The notes beneath the pieces are model-generated. The model had not been told where the DNA came from. It saw only the letters and a list, made by a program, of their open reading frames with translations, and searched no databases. From Ilumatobacteraceae bacterium (lineage in GTDB: Bacteria > Actinomycetota > Acidimicrobiia > Acidimicrobiales > Ilumatobacteraceae): a stretch of DNA of 64,000 nt. Location: the NCBI GenBank assembly GCA_032121425.1, contig JAUMDU010000071.1:6317-70316 (forward strand). Direction: 5' to 3'. A program made the position numbers and the translations under genes. Below are positions 9,548 to 18,259 of this stretch, piece after piece (within the stretch, counting starts at the first letter, position 1; every line of letters begins with the position of its first letter).

Positions 9548-12217
9548 ATGAAATCAAAGAGTTACGTCCGTTCTCTAGTTCTCGGTGGCGTGCTAACTCT
9601 TCTTCTGGCGGCATGTGGAAATGGGCCTGCAACTGAGCCTGTTGAACCTGTTGAGCCAACCGAGCCCAGACACATTGTCATCTCGGAGATCTACTACCAC
9701 TCAATCACAGATGATGATTCGGATGACTTTATTGAACTGTTTAATGCTCATGACCAGCCAGTGGCATTGACAGGATGGTGCATTAAGGGAGTTGGGTATT
9801 GTTTTACCGATACCACGGTGTTGGAGTCTCAACAATATGTTGTTGTGTACGGGAAAGACTTTTCTGGTCGTTTAGGGAACAAGGGCGAACAAATTCGCAT
9901 TGTTGATGCACAAGAAAACATTCGCGACGAAATCGATTATTCAGATTCAAATCCGTGGCCACAATCTGCAGATGGAGATGGGGATGCACTCCATAGGAAG
10001 AATCTTTTACTGAGCGCAAATTCTGTAGATAATTGGGTTGCTGCGCCACCGACACCAGGCGAAATGTTTGACGAGGCCAAGAAGTTATCTACCCGAGACA
10101 ATTCTGATGTGGTGATGACAGAGATTCACTACAACCCCGTCGATGGCAACCCTGCAGCCGAATTCATTGAATTACAGAACTTGACATCGCAGGCACTGAC
10201 TCTTTCGGGATGGTGCATTGATGGTGCATCTATTTGCCTGACCCAACAAGATGTCATAGAACCACTTGGAAGTTTTGTGGTGTCGGGATTAACCGGGGCG
10301 TTGTCGTTGAGTAACTCAGGTCAAGCATTGCGATTGGTTGACAGCGATGGATCTGTTCATGACTTTGTGAGATACGCCAATAACGACCCGTGGCCAGCCC
10401 TTGCAGATGGCTTTGGGCACTCGTTGCATAGACGGAGCACTTCGTTACAAGGGAATTCACCAGCCAATTGGGTCTCGGGAGACCCTAGTCCGGGAAAGAA
10501 TTCAGCGATTGATATCGCTGAGCCTCTCCAGTTTTTTGAAAAAGTGACGCATACACGCTCACCTGCACCTGGGACACCTGTAGCTGTTTCAGCCTTCAAC
10601 GGAAACTTAACAACGGCAACTTTGCACTATCGCTATGGTTTCGATGAAGAACAATCTGCTGTGATGACGAAAAACACTGAGGGTAAGTGGACCGGCTCAA
10701 TTCCGGGATCTGGAGACGGCACTTTGATTCGCTTTCGACTCACCGGCGAACTGGGTGACGCAGTCGCTCAATGGCCCCGACAGGGCGATGGTTCGCAGTA
10801 CGCGGGGACAGTGGTCTTGTCACCCAGTGCATCTCCTTTGCCACGTCTTCAATGGTTCATGGATGCCAGAAGCTTTTCTGATTTGCGGAATAAGAGAAAA
10901 CTTGTTGGTGATACTGGTTTTCCTGCAGTCTTTGCATTCAACGGTGAAGTTATTGATAATGCATTGATTCGGGTCAAAGGTCAGGAATCTCGAGGACGTG
11001 AAAAAAACAAATACAAGGTGACCTTGCCCGCAGGACGCTTGTGGGACATGGGGGGGAGTCTTGAAAGTCCCGTGAATGAATTTGGTCTGCATTCAATGCT
11101 GACAGATAAGTCTTATTCCAGAGAACTGCTGACTTATGACTTGCAAAAGGTTTCAGGTGGAATGGCCCAACAGGTTTTCCCATTGCGTCTTGAGTTAAAC
11201 AATGAGTTCTATGGGCTCTATCTCTACCATGAACAGCCAGACGGAAGATGGCGAAAGAAATATGGTTTTGATGGAAATTCTGTGGCCATTAAGGGTGAGC
11301 GCATTTCCACGTTACGTCGTTCACATACGATGCGCACTGATCAGAAAATGGATATCGATTATCGTCGTCAGACGCAGAGGTATAACTTTCATCACAATGA
11401 AATGCGTTGGTTGATCGACCAAGTTAACCAAGACGAGAGCAAGGTCATTGACTTTATTTATCGCCATGTAGATGTTCCGCAAGTTGTCAATGCACTAGCT
11501 GTACAACGTGTGGCACAACATGTTGAACTTGAACACAAGAACTGGTTGATGTTTTTTGATCCCCGAGATGAGAAGTGGCGTTTTCAGGCAATTGACCATG
11601 ACTTGAACTTTGGAAAAAAATGGACCGCTGGGTGCAAATCACGATGTGATGAGGTATTTGCAAATCCATACATGACCTACATGCAAGCGAATCGTTTCAC
11701 GAGAAGTTTTGTGATCATTCCTGAGTTTCGTGAACTTGTCGACAGGCGTACGAGAACTCTGGTCGACGCATTCCTAAAAGAGGGAATCATCGAGAGCCGA
11801 TTAACAGAGCTGCATGCGGCGATGGAAATAGATGCAAAACTCGACAAGGCCAAGTGGGGGCAATATGGAATCCGTCAAACCCTAAAAGAGGCACAAGACT
11901 TGATTGTTGAAGGGTATGTCAAGCCTAAGCGCGGGTTTTACCTGCGCTTAGATGAAAAGTACTTACCACTTTCCCAGAAAAATGTGATTTCTTATGTTCT
12001 TGACGATTCACAGGCCGGAGTGGTGCGTATCTCTAATTCGGACACAACGAGTATTGATCTTTCCGGAATATCGCTACCCAGTATCGAGGGTCGTGTTGCT
12101 TCAGGAACTGTTCTTTGGCCAGGACAATCGGTTGTTGTCACGAGCAGAAGAATTCCCCGTGGAGAAGTGCAGAACAAGGATTTGCATGTTGCCATGGCAC
12201 CTGTTGCCAACGATTAG
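9548..12217 (+). CDS. lipoprotein with two lamin-tail domains, an Ig-like domain and a CotH kinase domain (CotH-A)
   Basis: Signal peptide with lipobox LLLAAC(23). Two LTD-like repeats (ISEIYYH..DDFIELFN..LTGWC..; MTEIHYNP..EFIELQN..LSGWC). The CotH core includes NEFGLHSMLTDKSYSRELLTYDL, FYGLYLYHEQPD and IDHDLNFG. The C-terminal segment also looks LTD-like. Confidence 0.8.
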   Translation: MKSKSYVRSLVLGGVLTLLLAACGNGPATEPVEPVEPTEPRHIVISEIYYHSITDDDSDDFIELFNAHDQPVALTGWCIKGVGYCFTDTTVLESQQYVVVYGKDFSGRLGNKGEQIRIVDAQENIRDEIDYSDSNPWPQSADGDGDALHRKNLLLSANSVDNWVAAPPTPGEMFDEAKKLSTRDNSDVVMTEIHYNPVDGNPAAEFIELQNLTSQALTLSGWCIDGASICLTQQDVIEPLGSFVVSGLTGALSLSNSGQALRLVDSDGSVHDFVRYANNDPWPALADGFGHSLHRRSTSLQGNSPANWVSGDPSPGKNSAIDIAEPLQFFEKVTHTRSPAPGTPVAVSAFNGNLTTATLHYRYGFDEEQSAVMTKNTEGKWTGSIPGSGDGTLIRFRLTGELGDAVAQWPRQGDGSQYAGTVVLSPSASPLPRLQWFMDARSFSDLRNKRKLVGDTGFPAVFAFNGEVIDNALIRVKGQESRGREKNKYKVTLPAGRLWDMGGSLESPVNEFGLHSMLTDKSYSRELLTYDLQKVSGGMAQQVFPLRLELNNEFYGLYLYHEQPDGRWRKKYGFDGNSVAIKGERISTLRRSHTMRTDQKMDIDYRRQTQRYNFHHNEMRWLIDQVNQDESKVIDFIYRHVDVPQVVNALAVQRVAQHVELEHKNWLMFFDPRDEKWRFQAIDHDLNFGKKWTAGCKSRCDEVFANPYMTYMQANRFTRSFVIIPEFRELVDRRTRTLVDAFLKEGIIESRLTELHAAMEIDAKLDKAKWGQYGIRQTLKEAQDLIVEGYVKPKRGFYLRLDEKYLPLSQKNVISYVLDDSQAGVVRISNSDTTSIDLSGISLPSIEGRVASGTVLWPGQSVVVTSRRIPRGEVQNKDLHVAMAPVAND

Positions 12218-12963
12218 GGCTTGAGAAGATGCAGTACAGATTTCCAGGGGGCCCCTCCAAGATCGGGGCGCAGTGCTGTCAGGGCCACGCAGTACTTACT
12301 CACACTTGAGGGGCGAATTCCCATCTGCGTGAAAATTCGATGAGTTGGACCTACTTGGGCGGGAGACTTTATTTCAACAATTGCGTTATGGGCACCAAGA
12401 TTTGTTGATGCGTCATGAAGTGTCGCATGTAAATTCGTGTCGATGGTAATTCTTTCTACCGCAGTAGGAATAAAAAAAGTGCTGCGTAGAAATGTGGTCT
12501 CTAGGGTTTTTACAAAGGTGCCCTTGAGGGCATCGTAGGAAGCATTCGCCAAAGCACCGTTAATCATTCCTCTGTGCCCATCCCCCAAAGGGCTGTGTAC
12601 ATCGTTGACATCCAGTGCCCAACGAACTTTCTGCGTCTGTCCTCGAGACATCTTTATTTTGATCTCAAGATATCCATCTGATGATGCTCCGTAATAACGC
12701 GTTCGAATTTTGAAGCGCTTCCGACGCTGTTTCAGGTGATCAAAATAAGTCTGAAAGTCAACAGTGTCGTAATAGTTAGTTACATACGAAGTATTGGAGT
12801 TTCCTTCAATTGTGAGAATTTTCGTCGATGATGGCAGTGCGTCATAGAGTTGACTGAGTTGATGTAACGGCACAACATATTTAGTGTCAAAACGACGTAG
12901 AAGCTCCGCTTGTGAAGATAACTCTTCTAATGAAATTGTTTCAAAGCGAGATAGAGAGCCCAT
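12214..12963 (-). CDS. VTC domain protein (Vtc4-like triphosphate-tunnel / polyphosphate polymerase-type)
   Basis: 249 aa. Charged beta-strand motifs RFDTKYVV, NYYDT, RFKIRTRYY and YLEIKIKM are typical of the TTM/VTC catalytic tunnel. Its stop overlaps the CotH-A stop, and its start overlaps the DUF4956 stop (TAATG). Confidence 0.7.
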   Translation of the reverse strand: MGSLSRFETISLEELSSQAELLRRFDTKYVVPLHQLSQLYDALPSSTKILTIEGNSNTSYVTNYYDTVDFQTYFDHLKQRRKRFKIRTRYYGASSDGYLEIKIKMSRGQTQKVRWALDVNDVHSPLGDGHRGMINGALANASYDALKGTFVKTLETTFLRSTFFIPTAVERITIDTNLHATLHDASTNLGAHNAIVEIKSPAQVGPTHRIFTQMGIRPSSVSKYCVALTALRPDLGGAPWKSVLHLLKP

Positions 12964-13529
12964 TAGTGGTTAGCACGCACATCCAAACGCATTGTCTCGC
13001 GCACAAAATCAATTTCAAGCACCGTAAGTCGCTTTACAGATCCAGCGATACGCGTCTCAACAAAGGATTGCAGTTCTGATTCATCGGTAATGATGCGGTC
13101 TAGTTCAATACGAAGTTTTTGGTACTGCTGGGGCTTAATGAGTAATGGATGGTCGATGATGAACATGGTGACAACGAGCAAGGTGGAGAATACAATTTTG
13201 ATGTCTGTACTGAGGCCGGGAAGCCCCGTCATGAGACCGATGACAAGTGACACCATTGTGTAACCAATCTCTGATTGGGTGGCCTCATCGGAGCGAAGAC
13301 GAACTATTGATAAGACAGCAAATAGTCCAAACCCGACGCCCACATTCAAAGTGGTGGATGAGGATAGAGCCGCAGATACGACGAAGAGGCTGACGTTGGT
13401 GGCGATATAGCCCACGGTTGCATCGCGACGTCGATGCCGCAGATAGTAGATAAAGAAAGCCAATATGACAATGGCAACTGCATTGATCGTAAAGTCTCGG
13501 AGAAGGGTGGGTAGATCAAGTTCGTTCAT
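12963..13529 (-). CDS. DUF4956 family integral membrane protein
   Basis: About 4-5 hydrophobic helices. GFGLFAVLSIVRLRSDEATQSEIGYTMVSLVIGLMTG resembles the DUF4956 core, and a ~65-aa soluble tail follows. I chose the ATG at 13529 (MNELDLP) over the listed 13589 start. Confidence 0.65.
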   Translation of the reverse strand: MNELDLPTLLRDFTINAVAIVILAFFIYYLRHRRRDATVGYIATNVSLFVVSAALSSSTTLNVGVGFGLFAVLSIVRLRSDEATQSEIGYTMVSLVIGLMTGLPGLSTDIKIVFSTLLVVTMFIIDHPLLIKPQQYQKLRIELDRIITDESELQSFVETRIAGSVKRLTVLEIDFVRETMRLDVRANH

Positions 13530-13568
13530 GACAAACGGTGAGCATAGTCGTCTCGTTACACTCTTTCT

Positions 13569-16235
13569 GTGACGCGTAATGGCAAACATGTACGAATAGT
13601 TGCGATTTCCGCAGTGTTTGCGGTTGTGGCGATTGTGGTAGCCGTGGTGCCCGTATTGCTGTCCCGTGGGAGCGACTCAGTTGCACGTACTGAGGGTCAA
13701 GTCTTTATATCTGAGGTGAACTACCACGATGTGTCTGATCTCGACTCGGCGGACTTTCTTGAGATTCACAATCAGGGCCCCAGCGATGTGGCCTTAACGA
13801 AGTGGTGTGTGACAGGTGTGGGTTTTTGTTTCCAAGACAACACAATTCTTGCTGCTGGCGCCACGGTTGTTGTGTCTGGTACTCAGTTAGAGGGAAAGCT
13901 CAATAACAAGGGTGAGTCTCTTCAATTACGAGACTCGGTGGACAATCTTGTCGATGAAGTTAAGTATTTGGCGAAGCCGCAATGGGCGTATATGTCTGCA
14001 GGGCGAGGTCATTCGTTGCATAGAAGTAAAAGCCAGATAAGCGACGTAGGTGCAGAAAATTGGATTACAGATGTTCCTTCTCCAGGAAAAATTTATAGTG
14101 AGGCTTATAGAAGTACGAAACGAGAAAATGTCTCTGTAGTGATCAGTGAAATTCATTATCATCCTGAAAATGACAACCCAGAAGAAGAGTTTGTTGAGAT
14201 AATTAACATTTCTGACCAAACCGTAGATATTCAAAATTGGTGTCTTGAAGAACTCTCCGTCTGTTTTGGGGCCAATGAGAATTTGGCTCCAAATGAAGTG
14301 CGTGTTGTGCGTCAAGATTCAAAGTCATTTTCACTGAGTAATGGTGGTGGAATCGTTCGACTGGTAGACGGCGTGGGGAAGTTGCAGGATCTGGCGCGTT
14401 ATGAAGACAATGGTTCGTGGCCGGCTTATGCCGATGGTCATGGAATGTCATTGCATCGTCGTGACGGTCATCTGTGGGGCACAGAACCAGGCAACTGGGA
14501 AGCACAAGATCCAACACCAGGCTTTGTAGATGCAATAAAGATGCGTGGGTATCTACCGATCATTGACGAGGTCACAGTGACTCGGTCACCCACCTCTATT
14601 CAACCCATAACGATGAGTGCTCAAGTGCGAGATGGTTCACAATTGGTGCTGCACTATCGTGTGAATTTTGACGATGAAGTAGCAATTCCGCTGCAGCAAG
14701 CTTTCTCTGGGGAGTGGAAAGGAATCATTCCGCCACAGCCAGAAGGTTCCTTGGTTCGCTATCGCCTGAGTGCCAAAGGAGAGAACGAGCAAGGCACCTG
14801 GCCTCGTGCTGGTGACGGGATGGTCTACCGCGGCACTGTTGTCACATCTAGTACCGACACTTTGCTACCACGACTTCAATGGTTTGCTGAAGATGAGTAT
14901 TACGAACAGATATATAGCGATGTGAATATTTATGGAGATAATGGCTATCCCACTGTTATCGCCTTTGATGGTGAAGTTTTTGACGGATCACTGATACGTA
15001 TTCGTGGAAATCAGTCGCGACTGAATCAAAAGAGAAAGTGGAAGATTGTCTTACCGCCTGGCTACGAGACGACATTAGGGGGCCGTTTGGCGCAGCCTGT
15101 CAATGAGTTTGCACTGAATTCTGCTGTGACGGATAAATCTTTTGTTCGCGAGATTTTGACAAGCGAACTTCAAAAGGTTGGGGGAGGAATTGGCCAACAG
15201 ATATTTCCCTTGCGATTGGAACGCAATAATCAATTTTATGGGCTGTATTTGTATCAAGAGCAGCCTGATGGGCGATGGAGACAACGTTGGGGATTCTCAA
15301 ATGAAGCTGTTGCGTTCAAATCTGATCGTCAAGCCACACTGAAAGAGGGTCATCTTGAATTACCTAATTCAGAAATGCGGCAACGATACCAGCGAAGAAC
15401 GCAACGTTGGCTCGACCATACCGATGAGATTCGTGAACTTATACGACAGATAAATAACGATAACCAGAAGGAACTTTTAGCCTTTATATACCGACATCTT
15501 GATATTCCTCAAATTGTTGAGGCAATCGCAACTATGCGGGTCGCCCAACATCTTGAATGGGAGCACAAGAATCATCTTCTTATCTTTGATCCTGCAGATG
15601 AGAAATGGCGTCTCATTCCTATTGACTTTGATTTGAACTTTGGGCGGCAGTATGTGGCGGGCTGTAATTCTCTATGTGATGAGGTGTCCGCTAGTGGATA
15701 CATGGAGTACATGGAAGCAAATCGTCTGGGACGTTTGTTTCTTAAGATTCCAGAATTACGCGAAATGCTCGACAGGCGAACTCGAACATTGGCGGATACA
15801 TTTCTCGCTGAGGGATACATTGAAAAGCGCATAGCTGTCTTGGAAGAACTGATTCGTGAAGATGCAGCCAAGGATCGGAAGTCGTGGTTCACCTATGGCG
15901 AGAAGCAATCCATTCAACGTGGACAAGAAATCTTGATAACGAATTATGTGATACCCAAGAGAGAGATGTTGATTGGTCCGAAAGCACGTCGATTACCTGC
16001 TGCCCAGAGTCCAGAAATTCAGTACTCGATAGCGGAACAAGGAGAGGTGACAATCACAAACAATGAACTTGTTGCCATTGACGTGTCCGGTGTTCAGTTA
16101 ACACGTCTGAATGCCCTAGTTCCAGCAGGCACCGTTATTCTTCCCGGCCAGTCTGCTGTTTTTACTCTTGAGAGAACACCAGTTTCAACATTGTTGCCTG
16201 GTCAGTTGCATGTTTGGGTGGCGGCTTTACAGTAA
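13569..16235 (+). CDS. membrane-anchored protein with two lamin-tail domains, an Ig-like domain and a CotH kinase domain (CotH-B, paralog of CotH-A)
   Basis: GTG start and an N-terminal signal-anchor helix. It is collinear with CotH-A over its whole length (ISEVNYHD..DFLEIHN, ISEIHYHP..EFVEIIN, NEFALNSAVTDKSFVREILTSEL, FYGLYLYQEQPDGRWR, IDFDLNFG). Confidence 0.8.
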   Translation: MTRNGKHVRIVAISAVFAVVAIVVAVVPVLLSRGSDSVARTEGQVFISEVNYHDVSDLDSADFLEIHNQGPSDVALTKWCVTGVGFCFQDNTILAAGATVVVSGTQLEGKLNNKGESLQLRDSVDNLVDEVKYLAKPQWAYMSAGRGHSLHRSKSQISDVGAENWITDVPSPGKIYSEAYRSTKRENVSVVISEIHYHPENDNPEEEFVEIINISDQTVDIQNWCLEELSVCFGANENLAPNEVRVVRQDSKSFSLSNGGGIVRLVDGVGKLQDLARYEDNGSWPAYADGHGMSLHRRDGHLWGTEPGNWEAQDPTPGFVDAIKMRGYLPIIDEVTVTRSPTSIQPITMSAQVRDGSQLVLHYRVNFDDEVAIPLQQAFSGEWKGIIPPQPEGSLVRYRLSAKGENEQGTWPRAGDGMVYRGTVVTSSTDTLLPRLQWFAEDEYYEQIYSDVNIYGDNGYPTVIAFDGEVFDGSLIRIRGNQSRLNQKRKWKIVLPPGYETTLGGRLAQPVNEFALNSAVTDKSFVREILTSELQKVGGGIGQQIFPLRLERNNQFYGLYLYQEQPDGRWRQRWGFSNEAVAFKSDRQATLKEGHLELPNSEMRQRYQRRTQRWLDHTDEIRELIRQINNDNQKELLAFIYRHLDIPQIVEAIATMRVAQHLEWEHKNHLLIFDPADEKWRLIPIDFDLNFGRQYVAGCNSLCDEVSASGYMEYMEANRLGRLFLKIPELREMLDRRTRTLADTFLAEGYIEKRIAVLEELIREDAAKDRKSWFTYGEKQSIQRGQEILITNYVIPKREMLIGPKARRLPAAQSPEIQYSIAEQGEVTITNNELVAIDVSGVQLTRLNALVPAGTVILPGQSAVFTLERTPVSTLLPGQLHVWVAALQ

Positions 16236-16237
16236 GG

Positions 16238-17347
16238 CTACGACTGCGATGCGTAGCGCTGGATGAACCTTGAGCGTCGCGCGGGCTGTTCAACCCAGTA
16301 ATACGAGAGTGCACCCAAAGCAAGCGTGGACGCCACGGCAAGTAGAAGCAGAAGAATTTGATTCCATTCACCGGCATGGCGATTCAAAATTGTAAGGACG
16401 GGAATTTGCCAGATATAGAGACCATATGAAATCTTCCCCAGCCATACCATGGGCGAAAGTGTCAAGATGCCGACAATAGGGAAGACGCCATATGCCAGTG
16501 CTAGAACCACAATCATGGTGGAGATATCAAATAATGCCATTCCGCCGTCCCACACAAATGGTTTCCACCCGTCTGCAATGGAATGGATAACGACCATTGC
16601 CAAAACTGCGGGAAGCGACAACATGCGAAGAGTTAATGGCGACAGATAACTGGTCTTCAACCACAACACTGCACCAAGTGCACCCACAACCAAACTGACA
16701 ATGCGAGCATCTGTTCGCAAGTAGGCAGAGAGATATCCGTTGTGATGAAAAATCCATGCAAGCCAAAAATACAGAATCGGTACTAAGGCTGTAAGTAAAA
16801 CAACACTTAGGGTGATTTTTTTGATGACGCGAAATAGAAGGAACATTATGAAAGGCCACACAACGTAAAAGTGGCCTTCCACAGAAAGTGACCACAACGC
16901 GCCATTTTCTTCAAGTAGATCTGTGTTTGACAAGATTGCATAGTTTGCAAACTGGAAAATAGTTGCAGCAACCATGAGAAATTCTTCGCTCATGTTGCCA
17001 AATGGTGGAAAGTCGAAGGCAATGGCATAGATGAAATGCGCAACAAGGAACACAATGACCGCCGGCATTATTCGCACGGTACGGCTGATGTAAAAACGTC
17101 GTAATGCGAGTCGACCATCACCATGGCGAGTGATGAGCAATTTGTAGGTAATGAGAAATCCACTAAGGACAAAGAACATATTGACGCCCAAAAATCCCGC
17201 AGTGCGGAACTGGTTGAACCATGTTTGCTGATCAAGCCATGTGATGGCGATAGGTAGGTGTGACAAGAAGACAACAGCCACTGCGATAGCTCGAATTCCA
17301 TCGAGGCCTGTAATTGGCGAATCGCGTTGTGCGGTGTTGCTGTTCAT
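16238..17347 (-). CDS. acyltransferase family 3 (OafA/YrhL-like) membrane protein
   Basis: ITGLDGIRAIAVAVVFLSHL N-terminal motif and about 10 hydrophobic helices in 369 aa. Confidence 0.8.
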   Translation of the reverse strand: MNSNTAQRDSPITGLDGIRAIAVAVVFLSHLPIAITWLDQQTWFNQFRTAGFLGVNMFFVLSGFLITYKLLITRHGDGRLALRRFYISRTVRIMPAVIVFLVAHFIYAIAFDFPPFGNMSEEFLMVAATIFQFANYAILSNTDLLEENGALWSLSVEGHFYVVWPFIMFLLFRVIKKITLSVVLLTALVPILYFWLAWIFHHNGYLSAYLRTDARIVSLVVGALGAVLWLKTSYLSPLTLRMLSLPAVLAMVVIHSIADGWKPFVWDGGMALFDISTMIVVLALAYGVFPIVGILTLSPMVWLGKISYGLYIWQIPVLTILNRHAGEWNQILLLLLAVASTLALGALSYYWVEQPARRSRFIQRYASQS

Positions 17348-17425
17348 TCAGTAACTCCCATGGGGTATCAACCTAGTGGGCGAGATGTTCTGCCTTGGGG
17401 TGTATGAGATGCGAGACTAGACATA

Positions 17426-18250
17426 ATGGCTGGCGATCTCCTTTCCCTTCCCGAAGCGATCCTTCTGGGCATTGTTGAGGGGATTACCGAATTCTTGCCC
17501 ATCTCATCTACGGGTCACCTTTTAGTGGTTTCTGATCTCATTGGATTTGGGCAGGGCGATGCTGCCAACGCTGCGGACACTTACGCAATTGCTATCCAAT
17601 TTGGTGCAATTTTGGCAGTGTTCGCGCTGTACCGCATGCGTGTATGGTCAATGATGCAAGGTGCAGTTGGGCGTGATACCAATGGCCTGTCTGTATTAAA
17701 GGCACTGGTTGTCGCGTTCTTGCCCGCCGCCCTTCTTGGTGCTGTCTTAGGTGATCGCATCAAGGACGCACTGTTCGGGCCATTACCCGTTGCTGTTGCA
17801 TGGGCAATAGGTGGTCTTGTATTGCTTGTATGGGCCCCACGAGGTGGCACTACGTCTCTTCATCAACTCTCGCTGCGTTCGTCACTCATTATCGGTGTGG
17901 CGCAAGGAGTTGCATTGTGGCCAGGAGTCAGTCGCAGTTTGGTCACACTCATTGCAGGTTTAGCAATAGGGCTTTCACTTGCAGCCGCTATTGAATTCAG
18001 TTTTCTTCTTGGGCTCATTACTTTGACGGCAGCAACAGTGTTTGATACCGCCCGAAATGGAGGAGAACTCATCGACATGTTTGGTATCGCAACACCACTA
18101 GTAGGTGTGGTAACTGCGTTCATTACAGCACTGATTGCGGTGCGTTGGATGGTGAACTATCTCAATAGCCGTTCTCTTGCAATCTTCGGCTGGTATCGAC
18201 TGTGTATTGCAGCTATGGCGTTTGCGTTGATGGCCACCAACGCTTTGTAG
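17426..18250 (+). CDS. uppP: undecaprenyl-diphosphate phosphatase
   Basis: LGIVEGITEFLPISSTGHL motif in a 274-aa polytopic protein. Confidence 0.9.
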   Translation: MAGDLLSLPEAILLGIVEGITEFLPISSTGHLLVVSDLIGFGQGDAANAADTYAIAIQFGAILAVFALYRMRVWSMMQGAVGRDTNGLSVLKALVVAFLPAALLGAVLGDRIKDALFGPLPVAVAWAIGGLVLLVWAPRGGTTSLHQLSLRSSLIIGVAQGVALWPGVSRSLVTLIAGLAIGLSLAAAIEFSFLLGLITLTAATVFDTARNGGELIDMFGIATPLVGVVTAFITALIAVRWMVNYLNSRSLAIFGWYRLCIAAMAFALMATNAL

Positions 18251-18259
18251 AAAACGAAA

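Noticed and set aside
9415-9636. 73-aa ORF upstream of and overlapping the CotH-A start
   Set aside because: It is out of frame with, and overlaps, the well-supported lipoprotein signal peptide of CotH-A. It is Ser/Arg-rich with no SD.
17353-17380. CTCCCAT...CTAGTGG words resembling the 5' end of tRNA-Glu, considered as a possible att/duplicated tRNA fragment marking the island's right end
   Set aside because: Only two 7-mers match, with different spacing (11 versus 3 nt). There is no extended similarity to the tRNA 3' end, where integrases usually act. This is most likely chance.
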